A DNA stretch of 15,288 bases from a candidate division WOR-3 bacterium (lineage in GTDB: Bacteria > Hydrothermota > Tepidihabitantia > Tepidihabitantales > JAOUPE01): contig JBDRUX010000059.1 of the NCBI GenBank assembly GCA_039801565.1, positions 1-15,288 on the forward strand, given 5' to 3'. A model generated the notes under the pieces. It was not told the origin of the DNA. It saw only the letters and a program-made list of their open reading frames with translations, and made no database searches. Below, piece by piece: positions 7,011 through 15,288 of the stretch (within the stretch, counting starts at the first letter, position 1; every line of letters starts with the position of its first letter). A program made the position numbers and the translations under genes.

Positions 7011-7850
7011 ATGAATATTGAGAATTATCTGGCAATGAAGCGTCAGTTGGTGGATAAGGCATTGGAAAAGGAATTTGGAAAATTTGACCAAATTCCGAGA
7101 GTCCTTTATAGGGCAATGCATTATGCGGTATTTAGTGGTGGTAAACGACTTCGACCAATCTTGACTTTAATGGCATTTGAGGCTTGTAATGGTAAGAACC
7201 CTTCGTGGGTTATGCCTTTTGCCTGCGGCATTGAATTAATCCATACCTTCTCGTTAATCAATGATGATTTGCCCTGTATGGATAATGACGACTGGCGCCG
7301 CGGTAAACCGACGCTTCATAAAGCATTTGATGAGACCACTGCAATCTTAGCTGGGGCGGCGCTCTTTGCTAAGGCGTATGAACTTTTTTGTCAAAGCCAA
7401 GCACCGCCAACTCCTCGGTTGCGGGCAATTGCGGCGATATCCAGAGTAATTGGGTCAAACGGAATAGTAGCGGGTCAGATTTTGGATATTAAGAATCCCA
7501 CACCCAGTTTAGTTTTGCTTAAAAGAATTCATCGTAAAAAAACTGCCGAATTGATTGCGGTTTCGATTCAAATTGGTGCCATAATTGCCGGTGCTAAAGA
7601 AATGGTAACTAAACAACTGTGGTCAGCCGGAGTTGATTTGGGAATGCTCTTTCAAATTACTGACGATATTTTAGATGCCGAACAAGATAAAGCAAGCCAG
7701 CCAACTTTTGTCAAACGCTACGGTTTAGAACGAGCTAAGATATTTGCTCGGCAATACGCCAGGCGCGCGCAGGGCAAATTTAGTATGCTTGGGAGTTGTT
7801 TTACCAAATTTAATTTAATTGCGGATTGGATTGCGAATCGAGGGAACTGA
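7011..7850 (+). CDS. ispA: Short-chain polyprenyl diphosphate synthase (farnesyl/geranylgeranyl diphosphate synthase, 279 aa)
   Basis: GGKRLRP, first Asp-rich motif DDLPCMDNDDWRRGKPT, GQILD, KTA, second motif FQITDDILD; adjacent to dxs. ATG at 7011 preferred over TTG at 7002. Confidence 0.9.
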   Translation: MNIENYLAMKRQLVDKALEKEFGKFDQIPRVLYRAMHYAVFSGGKRLRPILTLMAFEACNGKNPSWVMPFACGIELIHTFSLINDDLPCMDNDDWRRGKPTLHKAFDETTAILAGAALFAKAYELFCQSQAPPTPRLRAIAAISRVIGSNGIVAGQILDIKNPTPSLVLLKRIHRKKTAELIAVSIQIGAIIAGAKEMVTKQLWSAGVDLGMLFQITDDILDAEQDKASQPTFVKRYGLERAKIFARQYARRAQGKFSMLGSCFTKFNLIADWIANRGN

Positions 7851-9763
7851 TGGCAATTTTAGAGCGAATTAATTCACCAACGGACTTAAAGCAACTTTCA
7901 ATAGCCGATTTAAAGGTTTTAGCCTCAGAAATTCGCCACGAGATTATTCGAGTTACTGCGCTAAGAGGTGGTCATTTGGCACCAAGCTTAGGGGTTGTGG
8001 AGTTGACAATTGCGCTTCATTATGTATTTGACACGCCGCGGGACAAAATTATTTGGGACGTTGGACATCAGTCTTACGCCCATAAACTAATTACCGGTCG
8101 ACGGCAACAATTCGCCACACTGCGAACCAAAAACGGAATAAGTGGTTTTCCAAAAAGAAGTGAAAGTATTTATGATGTTTTTGATACTGGACATTCGGGC
8201 AATTCAATTTCGGTTGCCTTAGGGTTAGCCGATGCTGCACAGAAAAGTGGTGAATCATTTAAGACGATTGCAGTAATTGGTGATGGTTCGATCGTTACTG
8301 GAATGGCGTTTGAAGCGATGAATAATGCTGGCACCAAAAATCGTGATTTAGTCGTCGTCTTGAATGACAATGAAATGTCAATCGCCAAGACCAATGGCGC
8401 AATTGCTACCCATCTCAATCGAATTATCACTGGTAAGTTTTATAATCGAGTTCGGGCTGATGTTTGGAATCTTTTAGGGAAACTCCCCAAAAATCTTAGT
8501 AATCGGGCAAGAATCGCTGCGAAAAAGTTGGAAGAGGGATTAAAAAATTTAATTGTGCCGAGTATTATTTTTGAAGAAATGGGTTTTCGTTATGTCGGTC
8601 CTATCCAAGGCCACAACCTCAATGACTTGATTAATACCTTTTTGCGGATTAAAAATTATCACGAACCGGTTCTTATTCATATCGTGACGAAAAAAGGGAA
8701 GGGGTATAAACCAGCTGAAGATGAGCCCGAGATTTTTCATGGCATCGGTCCGTTTGAAATTGATACCGGCCGGGCTTTGACAAGAAATCCGACTGGTTTT
8801 ACCAAAGCGTTCGGTGATAGTCTTTTGGAATTGGCAGAGACGAATAAGGATTTAGTTGTTATCACACCGGGGATGTGTCTGGGTTCGGGATTGGAAGAAT
8901 TTCGTCGCAAATTTCCTGACCGTTTTTATGATGTTGGCATTTGTGAGCAACATGCAGTTTCGTTTGCGGCAGGGTTAGCACTGGGTGGACTGAAGCCAAT
9001 TGTCGCAATCTATTCGACTTTTCTGGCTCGCGCCTATGACCAATTAATCCAAGATGTCTGTCTACAGAAACTTCCAGTAGTTTTTGCGATTGACCGGGCT
9101 GGCTTAGTCGGTGAGGATGGGCCAACCCATCATGGGCAATTTGATTTATCTTATCTCAGATTAATCCCCAACTTAATTGTTATGGCACCGAAGGACGAGA
9201 TAGAATTGAGAGAAATGTTAAAATTAGCGGTTGATTATAACCAGGGACCGGTTGCGATACGGTATCCCAAGGGAAAAGGAATTTTAAATGGTTTAAGCAG
9301 TTCAAAAGGTTTAAAGTGTTCAATTGAAATTGGTAAAGCGGAAATTCTTCGTGAAGGCAAGGATGGCTGTGTATTAGCAATTGGTAGTATGGTTTTGCCA
9401 GTATTAAAGGCAGTGGAAAAATTGTTCGAAGCTGGAATTGATTTGTGCGTTGTGAATGCTCGGTTCGTAAAACCGTTGGATAGCGATTTGCTTTTAAATT
9501 TGGCTAAAGATTTTAACCGGTTCGTGACCGTTGAAGAAAATATTTGCATTGGTGGTTTCGGTTCAGCGATAATGGAGTTCTTCCAAACCCAAGGATTGTC
9601 GGTATCAGTCAAACCGATTGCCTTAGAAGATAAATTCATTGGTCAAGGTTCAAGAGAAGAACTATTGGAAAGTCAAGGGTTAACGGATGAAAGGTTAATT
9701 GAAATTTTACAAAAAGAATTTAGTTCTAATCGAGTATTTTTGCATCCGTCGTCGGTCGGTTAA
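7850..9763 (+). CDS. dxs: 1-deoxy-D-xylulose-5-phosphate synthase (637 aa)
   Basis: GGHLAPSLGVVEL, WDVGHQSYAHK, TPP motif GDGS...NDN, YSTFL.RAYDQ, DRAGLVGEDGPTHHG. The ATG at 7850 overlaps the ispA stop (TGATG), with GAGGG at 7840..7844. Confidence 0.98.
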   Translation: MAILERINSPTDLKQLSIADLKVLASEIRHEIIRVTALRGGHLAPSLGVVELTIALHYVFDTPRDKIIWDVGHQSYAHKLITGRRQQFATLRTKNGISGFPKRSESIYDVFDTGHSGNSISVALGLADAAQKSGESFKTIAVIGDGSIVTGMAFEAMNNAGTKNRDLVVVLNDNEMSIAKTNGAIATHLNRIITGKFYNRVRADVWNLLGKLPKNLSNRARIAAKKLEEGLKNLIVPSIIFEEMGFRYVGPIQGHNLNDLINTFLRIKNYHEPVLIHIVTKKGKGYKPAEDEPEIFHGIGPFEIDTGRALTRNPTGFTKAFGDSLLELAETNKDLVVITPGMCLGSGLEEFRRKFPDRFYDVGICEQHAVSFAAGLALGGLKPIVAIYSTFLARAYDQLIQDVCLQKLPVVFAIDRAGLVGEDGPTHHGQFDLSYLRLIPNLIVMAPKDEIELREMLKLAVDYNQGPVAIRYPKGKGILNGLSSSKGLKCSIEIGKAEILREGKDGCVLAIGSMVLPVLKAVEKLFEAGIDLCVVNARFVKPLDSDLLLNLAKDFNRFVTVEENICIGGFGSAIMEFFQTQGLSVSVKPIALEDKFIGQGSREELLESQGLTDERLIEILQKEFSSNRVFLHPSSVG

Positions 9764-9769
9764 ATAAGT

Positions 9770-12700
9770 ATGGTGCGGTTTTGGTCAATAGGTTCAAGAG
9801 GTTTACCTTTAGTTATTATCCTATTATTAACTCAACTGGAATTTAGTTTTGGCTACGAACCGAAATGGCTTGACCGAGGACCTGGTCTCACCGGTTATGA
9901 AATTAAAGAGCGGATTGATTACAAAACCGGTTTGGTTTTTTTAGAACGCTGGTATGATAACTATTATTTGGGAATCGAAAAAGTTTTGACTTTAGATGAG
10001 TATTTAGACTACTTGGCAAATAAATCAATTAAGAAAAGCTTTGGCGAAAGTCAAGCTAAGGAAAGAAAGAAACAGGAGATCGAATTCGGCACACAAGGGT
10101 TAATTCCAGATATTCAACTTCCCAAATTACCAATCTTCGGTGAGGGTAGTAAGATAAATATTTCGGGTAGCGACCGGATAACATTTGGTGGACGGCAGAC
10201 AACCGTTTACGGACCAGGAATTACTCCAACTGCTACCAGTCAGTCGGCGCTACCGGAATTGAAAATGGAACAGGAACTTCGAGTAAACTTGGATGGTACG
10301 ATTGGTGACAAGACCAAAATTTTGATTGACCATGATTCCAAGCGTCAGTTCGAGGGTAAGAATAAGATAAAACTTTCTTATACCGGAACCGAAGACGAAA
10401 TCATCCAGTCAGTAGAGATGGGGGATACGCGATTATATATTCCTGGTACCGGTTATACCGGTGATTTGCCAGCGCACAAAGGATTATTTGGGATAACCGC
10501 GAAAGGCAAATTAGGCGGTCTCGATTTATACGCAGTTGCTTCTACTGAACAATCCCAGGCGCAAACCGCGGAATTTCGTGGTCGAACTCAGATGACAACT
10601 GATACCATTTATGATAACGAGTTCGAACGGAGAAGATTCTATGTTATTGACACTTTAGCTACTGGTGAGGTGACTAATCTATTAATTTATTTAGACCAAA
10701 GGATTGCCAATCCGCAAAATTATCGAAATGGAATAGCCACAACTAATCCGCAAGACCCAGCCGATACTTCAATGGGCAGTAAACATCGAGTGAAAGGCAA
10801 ATTTATTTTACTTAAATTGGGTGAGGATTATTATCGCCATAGTAATAATGTGATTGAACTGAGAAACCAACTGGACAGAGATGACATTTTGGCGGTCTCT
10901 TACCTAAAAGGTACTGATACCATTGGTGGCAATCTTTTTGTTGAAAGTCCCCGGGATACCTATCTTGTCCTAAAATTATTAAAACCTTCTTATGTTGATA
11001 CCTCATCACCCTGTTGGAATTATGAATTAAGAAACATCTACCGACTTGGTGCCCAAGAAGTTAAGTTAGAGTCTTTAAAAATTTATCTTGAGCAACCGGA
11101 TATAGATTTGGAATATGACCCGGTTAGCCGAAGAAGTTTTATTTCAATACTTGGACTCGACCCAGATGGTGATGGTAAAATAACCTGGCCGGAATATGAT
11201 GCGCGTAATGGATTGATTATCTTTCCGTACCGTTTTCCTTTCGCTTTACCCCAACTTTCGGTTAAAGATTCGATGATCTATCGGCAGGATCCTTTACCTC
11301 CTAACTTCGTTGCGAAATATTATATTGTGGCTAATTATTCCAGTGCCCGAGGTTCTTTTTATATTGGGCAGACCGATATTGAAGAAGGTTCGGAAAAAGT
11401 TTTTGTTAATCAAGAATTATGGACGCGTGGTGTTGACTATGACATCAATTATCAGACTGGTGAATTATCGTTCAAAAGAACCCTGCCCCCCAATGCTGAT
11501 ATTCGGGTGACCTTTGAATACCGCCCTTGGTTTTCCACGAGTCAGAAATCACTTCTGGGAACCCGGGCAGAGTGGAAATTTATCGAGAATGGCAAAATTG
11601 GCAGTTCGCTCTTTTATCGGTCAGAAGGTTTGCCTGGTGATAAACCGGAATTAGGAGCCGAGCCATTTCGGCGAATGATTAGTGAAGCAGATATTTCTTA
11701 TTCCACCCAATCCCAAGCAGTAAGTTCATTTTTTGACCGATTACCATTATTGCGGGCTGAAGCACCTTCTTCATTTCAAATATCATCCGAAGTAGCGGTG
11801 TCGCTACCCGACCCCAACACGCGTGGATTAGTTTATTTAGATGACTTTGAAGGTTCAACGATGAGTAACGATATTAGTATCAATGTTGCTAATTGGTTTT
11901 TCAGTTCGGTGCCGGTTGGTAAAGACACAGCTAATTTTGCCCGAACCCCTTTAAAGTGGTTTAACCCAACAACCCGAATTCGAAAAGACTCAATTTTTGG
12001 CTCGGAAATTGGTCGGGAGGGAAGTGAGACCGTTGATTATTTAAGAATTATTTTTACACCGGATAACACTTCATCCTGGGCTGGTATCACCAATTGCCCA
12101 TCCCAATTAGGTATGGATTTTCGAGAATTAGAAAACATCGAAGTAATTCTCCGTACCCGAAATCGGACGAATGGAAGAATCCATTTCAGCATCGGCTCAA
12201 ATATTGACGAAGATGTACCAAGACGTACCGCGCAAGGAACAATTGCCGGGTATAATGGAATAGAAGATACCGAGGACCGTAATCGAAATGGCGTCTTAGA
12301 TAAAGTAGAAGGTGAGGATACTGGATTAGATACTGTGATTGGGGTTGATGGTCAGAATGTCTTCGGCGATGATGGCAATGACGACTACGATGCGAAAACC
12401 AATCCTAATGGTACAGAAAACAATGGCAAACTTGATTATGAAGATTTAGACCGTAACGGTTTTTCTCGAAGCAATGATTATTTTGAATATTCGGTTGATT
12501 TGGGTGATGCGCGATTTCAACCGCTGCGCGGTGACTGGCGGTTCTTACGAATCTCATTAACCGGTTCGGATGTTGATACTGTCGGTAGCCCACGTTGGGA
12601 AGAAATAAGATTGGTCCGTATTTGGTTTGATGGATTTGTTACTACCGATACGATTGATATTTATTCCATTGCTTTTGTTGGTAGCAAGTGGCGTGATGTA

Positions 12701-15277
12701 GTAATTCGCCGTGATACTATCTTCTATTCATACCCCGACCCGGTGGATAGTAGTGAGAAAGCAACGCTGTCTCAGATTAGCATTAAGTCCAATCCTAATT
12801 ACATCCCGCCCTTTGAGCCAAAACGGGATTACACCGGTCAAGTTGAAATTGAGGCTTCTTTAAGACTCGAATATGAAACGATTAAGCCAGGGCATTTGGT
12901 CAGTTTTGCTAAATATATCTATGACCGCGAAGATTATCGCGATTACCGGGTTTTAAAGATTTACCTTCATAACGATTGGAATGATCCAGTATTTTTCTTA
13001 AAAATCGGCACCGATTCTTTAAACTATTATGAATACCGAAACCGGATTAGTCAAGGCAAACTAATACCAGGAAGAACCAATTGGTATGAGTTTGAAATTC
13101 CGCTTGACACATTTCCGGCCCTAAAAGTTCAGCGTAATTTACAAACCGGTTATTTCTATATTGACAATGAATTGGGCACATTTGCGATTATGGGTAATCC
13201 GAATTTGGCGGAGGTTCGTTATCAAGTAATGGGAATTGTGAATAATAGTGGTGCACCAATTAGTGGTGAAATCTGGTTTAATGACATCAGGTTACACAAT
13301 CCAAGAAAAGATGCTGGTTATGGTTTACAGTCAAGAATCGGTTTAAATCTTTCTGATTTTTCGACCTTTTCCTTTGGGATTAGTTACAACGACCCTAACT
13401 TCCGACGCTTTAGTGAAGGCAGGGGAGTAAAGACAGGTGGTTTTGCCACTAATACCAGTTACGATTGGCGGATAAACCTTGACCGTTTGCTACCAAAATC
13501 CTGGAATTTTAATTTACCTTTGAGTTATCGTAAAATAGAAAGCAAAACCTTGCCTAAATATTCGGCTAATTATCCGGATTTGCTTTTGAGTAAAGATAAT
13601 GCAGTAACCCAGGCAACGATTGGTGAAAACACGACTTGGAGCCTTGATAATGTTAGGAAAGGAAAATCGGGCAATCGGCTCTTAAATTATACCATCGAAG
13701 CTTTCGCTTATTCCTGGCGTCTAAACAAAGGTTATTCGGATGCACCCTTGGATAGCTCATTGTCCTATTCATTAGCTCAAAATCTCAATTATGGAATTTC
13801 ACCGGATTTAAAGGTTAGGTTGTTTGGCGAAGAAATTAACCTTTTTCCTCAGAATATCCAGACTGGGGTTAGTGTGGCTAAAAGTATTATTCCGCGCTTT
13901 ACTAAACCAAGGCCGGAAACAACTTGGACCTATGCACGGGCCGATTCTTCTTATGCCGGAACTTTTGATTTTGATGCTAATTATAGTCCAATCGGTGATT
14001 TGTCTTTCGACTATAGTTTCAGTCAGGAACGGGACTTTATGGTCCAAAATCATGATAAACTACCAGTCGGTGGTATAAAAATTGGTCAGGCAATGGGTGA
14101 AGACCAAAATTTTGGTGCGAGCTACGGATTAGAAATTGGCGAAGTTATATCACCAAGGGTTGATTTTAATAGCGAATACCGAGAAGACCGCCTCCGTAGT
14201 GCTATAGCGAGGAATTATGAAAATAAATGGAATCTGGGAAATGGTCGAGATATTGATTTCACGGTAGATATTGAATTGTCCGAAATCTTAAGTGGCTTGG
14301 CAAAACTTCGCGACGAACGCAAAGATTCGAGTGCAATGCCTGGGTCACCCCATTGGCTTTTGATGCAAACAGATAAGCTTGCCGAGATGATTGAACCGAT
14401 TGATTTCGGTTACTCCAAGGCACGCACTTCGGATTTCTTAAATGTTACGAAGCGTCCAGATTGGAAATATCGCTTCGGTCTGGTTGACTACTTAACTTAC
14501 GATACGGCTGAGAACCGTGATTATATAGATAATATTAATATCAGTTCAGGGGCTACGATTAAGGATTTAAGTTTACGATTTCGGTTTGACCATTCAATTA
14601 ATAAAGGCTATTCAATCGGTGGCGCAACTGGTAGTTGGTCAACGACTTGGCCCGATTTGAGTATCTCAATTGCTCGAATCGAACGATTCTTAAAAAATTG
14701 GGCAACCAGTTCTAATATCAATACCAGCTATTCACGCCGCACTGACCGCAACGGTAATTTAGACCTGACAACTAATACTCTATTACCGACTGGTCAGACC
14801 AAATCAATTGCCCATAACTTCTCGCCTTTATTAGCCTGGCAAGCAAGTTGGAAGCGACGGATTTCAACGAACCTGTCTTTTAGTTATTCTAAATCCCAAA
14901 GTGAAAATATTGATATTCAGACAAAAACCAATAATGAACAAAAAAGCGGTTCTTTCAGTCTCAGTTACTTATTTAGTGCTCCACAAGGAATAAAAATTCC
15001 CGGTTTGAAAAAGATTCGTTTCTCGTCGGATTTGAATCTGACCTGGAGTCTTCGATTAAGTGAAAATTATTCGGACTTGTTTGACCAAAGAATCCAAACA
15101 ACACCAATGGTGAACCGTAAAGACCGTGACATTACAACTTCGATTTCTGCTTCTTATCGAGTTTCAAGAAGTGTCGAATCGGGGTTAAATACCGGCTATA
15201 CTCTTTATAAGAATATTCAACGGGGAACCGCCAGCCGAAGTATTGATTTGAATTTCTGGGTACTTTTTAACTTCTAA
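9770..15277 (+). CDS. sprA: SprA/Sov-like large outer-membrane beta-barrel protein (type IX secretion translocon family, 1835 aa)
   Basis: Signal-peptide-like start. SprA-like blocks: Q.L.VNLDGTIGDK......DS...F..KN.IKL.YTG.EDEIIQ.VE.G, GLFGI, EGSEKV......RGVDY.INY..G, YLDDFEG, TED.N.NG.LD..EDTGLD, SGEIWFN.IRL. Amphipathic beta-strand C-terminal third ending in Phe (LNFWVLFNF). Confidence 0.82.
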   Translation: MVRFWSIGSRGLPLVIILLLTQLEFSFGYEPKWLDRGPGLTGYEIKERIDYKTGLVFLERWYDNYYLGIEKVLTLDEYLDYLANKSIKKSFGESQAKERKKQEIEFGTQGLIPDIQLPKLPIFGEGSKINISGSDRITFGGRQTTVYGPGITPTATSQSALPELKMEQELRVNLDGTIGDKTKILIDHDSKRQFEGKNKIKLSYTGTEDEIIQSVEMGDTRLYIPGTGYTGDLPAHKGLFGITAKGKLGGLDLYAVASTEQSQAQTAEFRGRTQMTTDTIYDNEFERRRFYVIDTLATGEVTNLLIYLDQRIANPQNYRNGIATTNPQDPADTSMGSKHRVKGKFILLKLGEDYYRHSNNVIELRNQLDRDDILAVSYLKGTDTIGGNLFVESPRDTYLVLKLLKPSYVDTSSPCWNYELRNIYRLGAQEVKLESLKIYLEQPDIDLEYDPVSRRSFISILGLDPDGDGKITWPEYDARNGLIIFPYRFPFALPQLSVKDSMIYRQDPLPPNFVAKYYIVANYSSARGSFYIGQTDIEEGSEKVFVNQELWTRGVDYDINYQTGELSFKRTLPPNADIRVTFEYRPWFSTSQKSLLGTRAEWKFIENGKIGSSLFYRSEGLPGDKPELGAEPFRRMISEADISYSTQSQAVSSFFDRLPLLRAEAPSSFQISSEVAVSLPDPNTRGLVYLDDFEGSTMSNDISINVANWFFSSVPVGKDTANFARTPLKWFNPTTRIRKDSIFGSEIGREGSETVDYLRIIFTPDNTSSWAGITNCPSQLGMDFRELENIEVILRTRNRTNGRIHFSIGSNIDEDVPRRTAQGTIAGYNGIEDTEDRNRNGVLDKVEGEDTGLDTVIGVDGQNVFGDDGNDDYDAKTNPNGTENNGKLDYEDLDRNGFSRSNDYFEYSVDLGDARFQPLRGDWRFLRISLTGSDVDTVGSPRWEEIRLVRIWFDGFVTTDTIDIYSIAFVGSKWRDVVIRRDTIFYSYPDPVDSSEKATLSQISIKSNPNYIPPFEPKRDYTGQVEIEASLRLEYETIKPGHLVSFAKYIYDREDYRDYRVLKIYLHNDWNDPVFFLKIGTDSLNYYEYRNRISQGKLIPGRTNWYEFEIPLDTFPALKVQRNLQTGYFYIDNELGTFAIMGNPNLAEVRYQVMGIVNNSGAPISGEIWFNDIRLHNPRKDAGYGLQSRIGLNLSDFSTFSFGISYNDPNFRRFSEGRGVKTGGFATNTSYDWRINLDRLLPKSWNFNLPLSYRKIESKTLPKYSANYPDLLLSKDNAVTQATIGENTTWSLDNVRKGKSGNRLLNYTIEAFAYSWRLNKGYSDAPLDSSLSYSLAQNLNYGISPDLKVRLFGEEINLFPQNIQTGVSVAKSIIPRFTKPRPETTWTYARADSSYAGTFDFDANYSPIGDLSFDYSFSQERDFMVQNHDKLPVGGIKIGQAMGEDQNFGASYGLEIGEVISPRVDFNSEYREDRLRSAIARNYENKWNLGNGRDIDFTVDIELSEILSGLAKLRDERKDSSAMPGSPHWLLMQTDKLAEMIEPIDFGYSKARTSDFLNVTKRPDWKYRFGLVDYLTYDTAENRDYIDNINISSGATIKDLSLRFRFDHSINKGYSIGGATGSWSTTWPDLSISIARIERFLKNWATSSNINTSYSRRTDRNGNLDLTTNTLLPTGQTKSIAHNFSPLLAWQASWKRRISTNLSFSYSKSQSENIDIQTKTNNEQKSGSFSLSYLFSAPQGIKIPGLKKIRFSSDLNLTWSLRLSENYSDLFDQRIQTTPMVNRKDRDITTSISASYRVSRSVESGLNTGYTLYKNIQRGTASRSIDLNFWVLFNF

Positions 15278-15288
15278 ATGTTTAAACA

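Noticed and set aside
7826..7849. Upstream TTG start for dxs given by the ORF track
   Set aside because: ATG 7850 overlaps the ispA stop, has an SD-like GAGGG and gives a typical Dxs N-terminus.
680..14078. Antisense and alternative-frame ORFs in the track (e.g. 680..1009, 1575..1982, 2068..2250, 2456..2752, 9235..9639, 13824..14078)
   Set aside because: All lie wholly or largely within confidently identified genes and have no motifs; shadow ORFs.
1..15288. CRISPR array, tRNA, rRNA or tandem repeat array
   Set aside because: No regularly spaced repeats, cloverleaf or rRNA-like sequence seen in the few intergenic regions by manual reading.

Overview
AT-rich bacterial chromosomal window with all credible genes on the + strand. 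It opens with the probable right end of an IS256-family element (transposase tail plus terminal inverted repeat, 1..126). After an intergenic region come three blocks: (i) rho - rpmE - prfB (with the +1 programmed frameshift the ORF track misses) - DUF58/vWA - BatA/vWA membrane protein; (ii) a probably leaderless membrane hypothetical gene; (iii) ispA - dxs - a 1835-aa SprA-like outer-membrane protein (type IX secretion translocon family). TTGACA/TATAAT-type promoters and AGGAG ribosome-binding sites argue against Bacteroidota. A related diderm lineage (e.g. WOR-3-like) is a plausible but untested guess. This is mostly housekeeping DNA and I see no clearly new multi-gene system. The best leads are the compact SprA homolog, five promoter candidates that all have a 16-bp spacer, prfB in the slot usually held by prfA, a DUF58-BatA pair lacking MoxR, and a divergent IspA. 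All calls are by eye; no searches were run.
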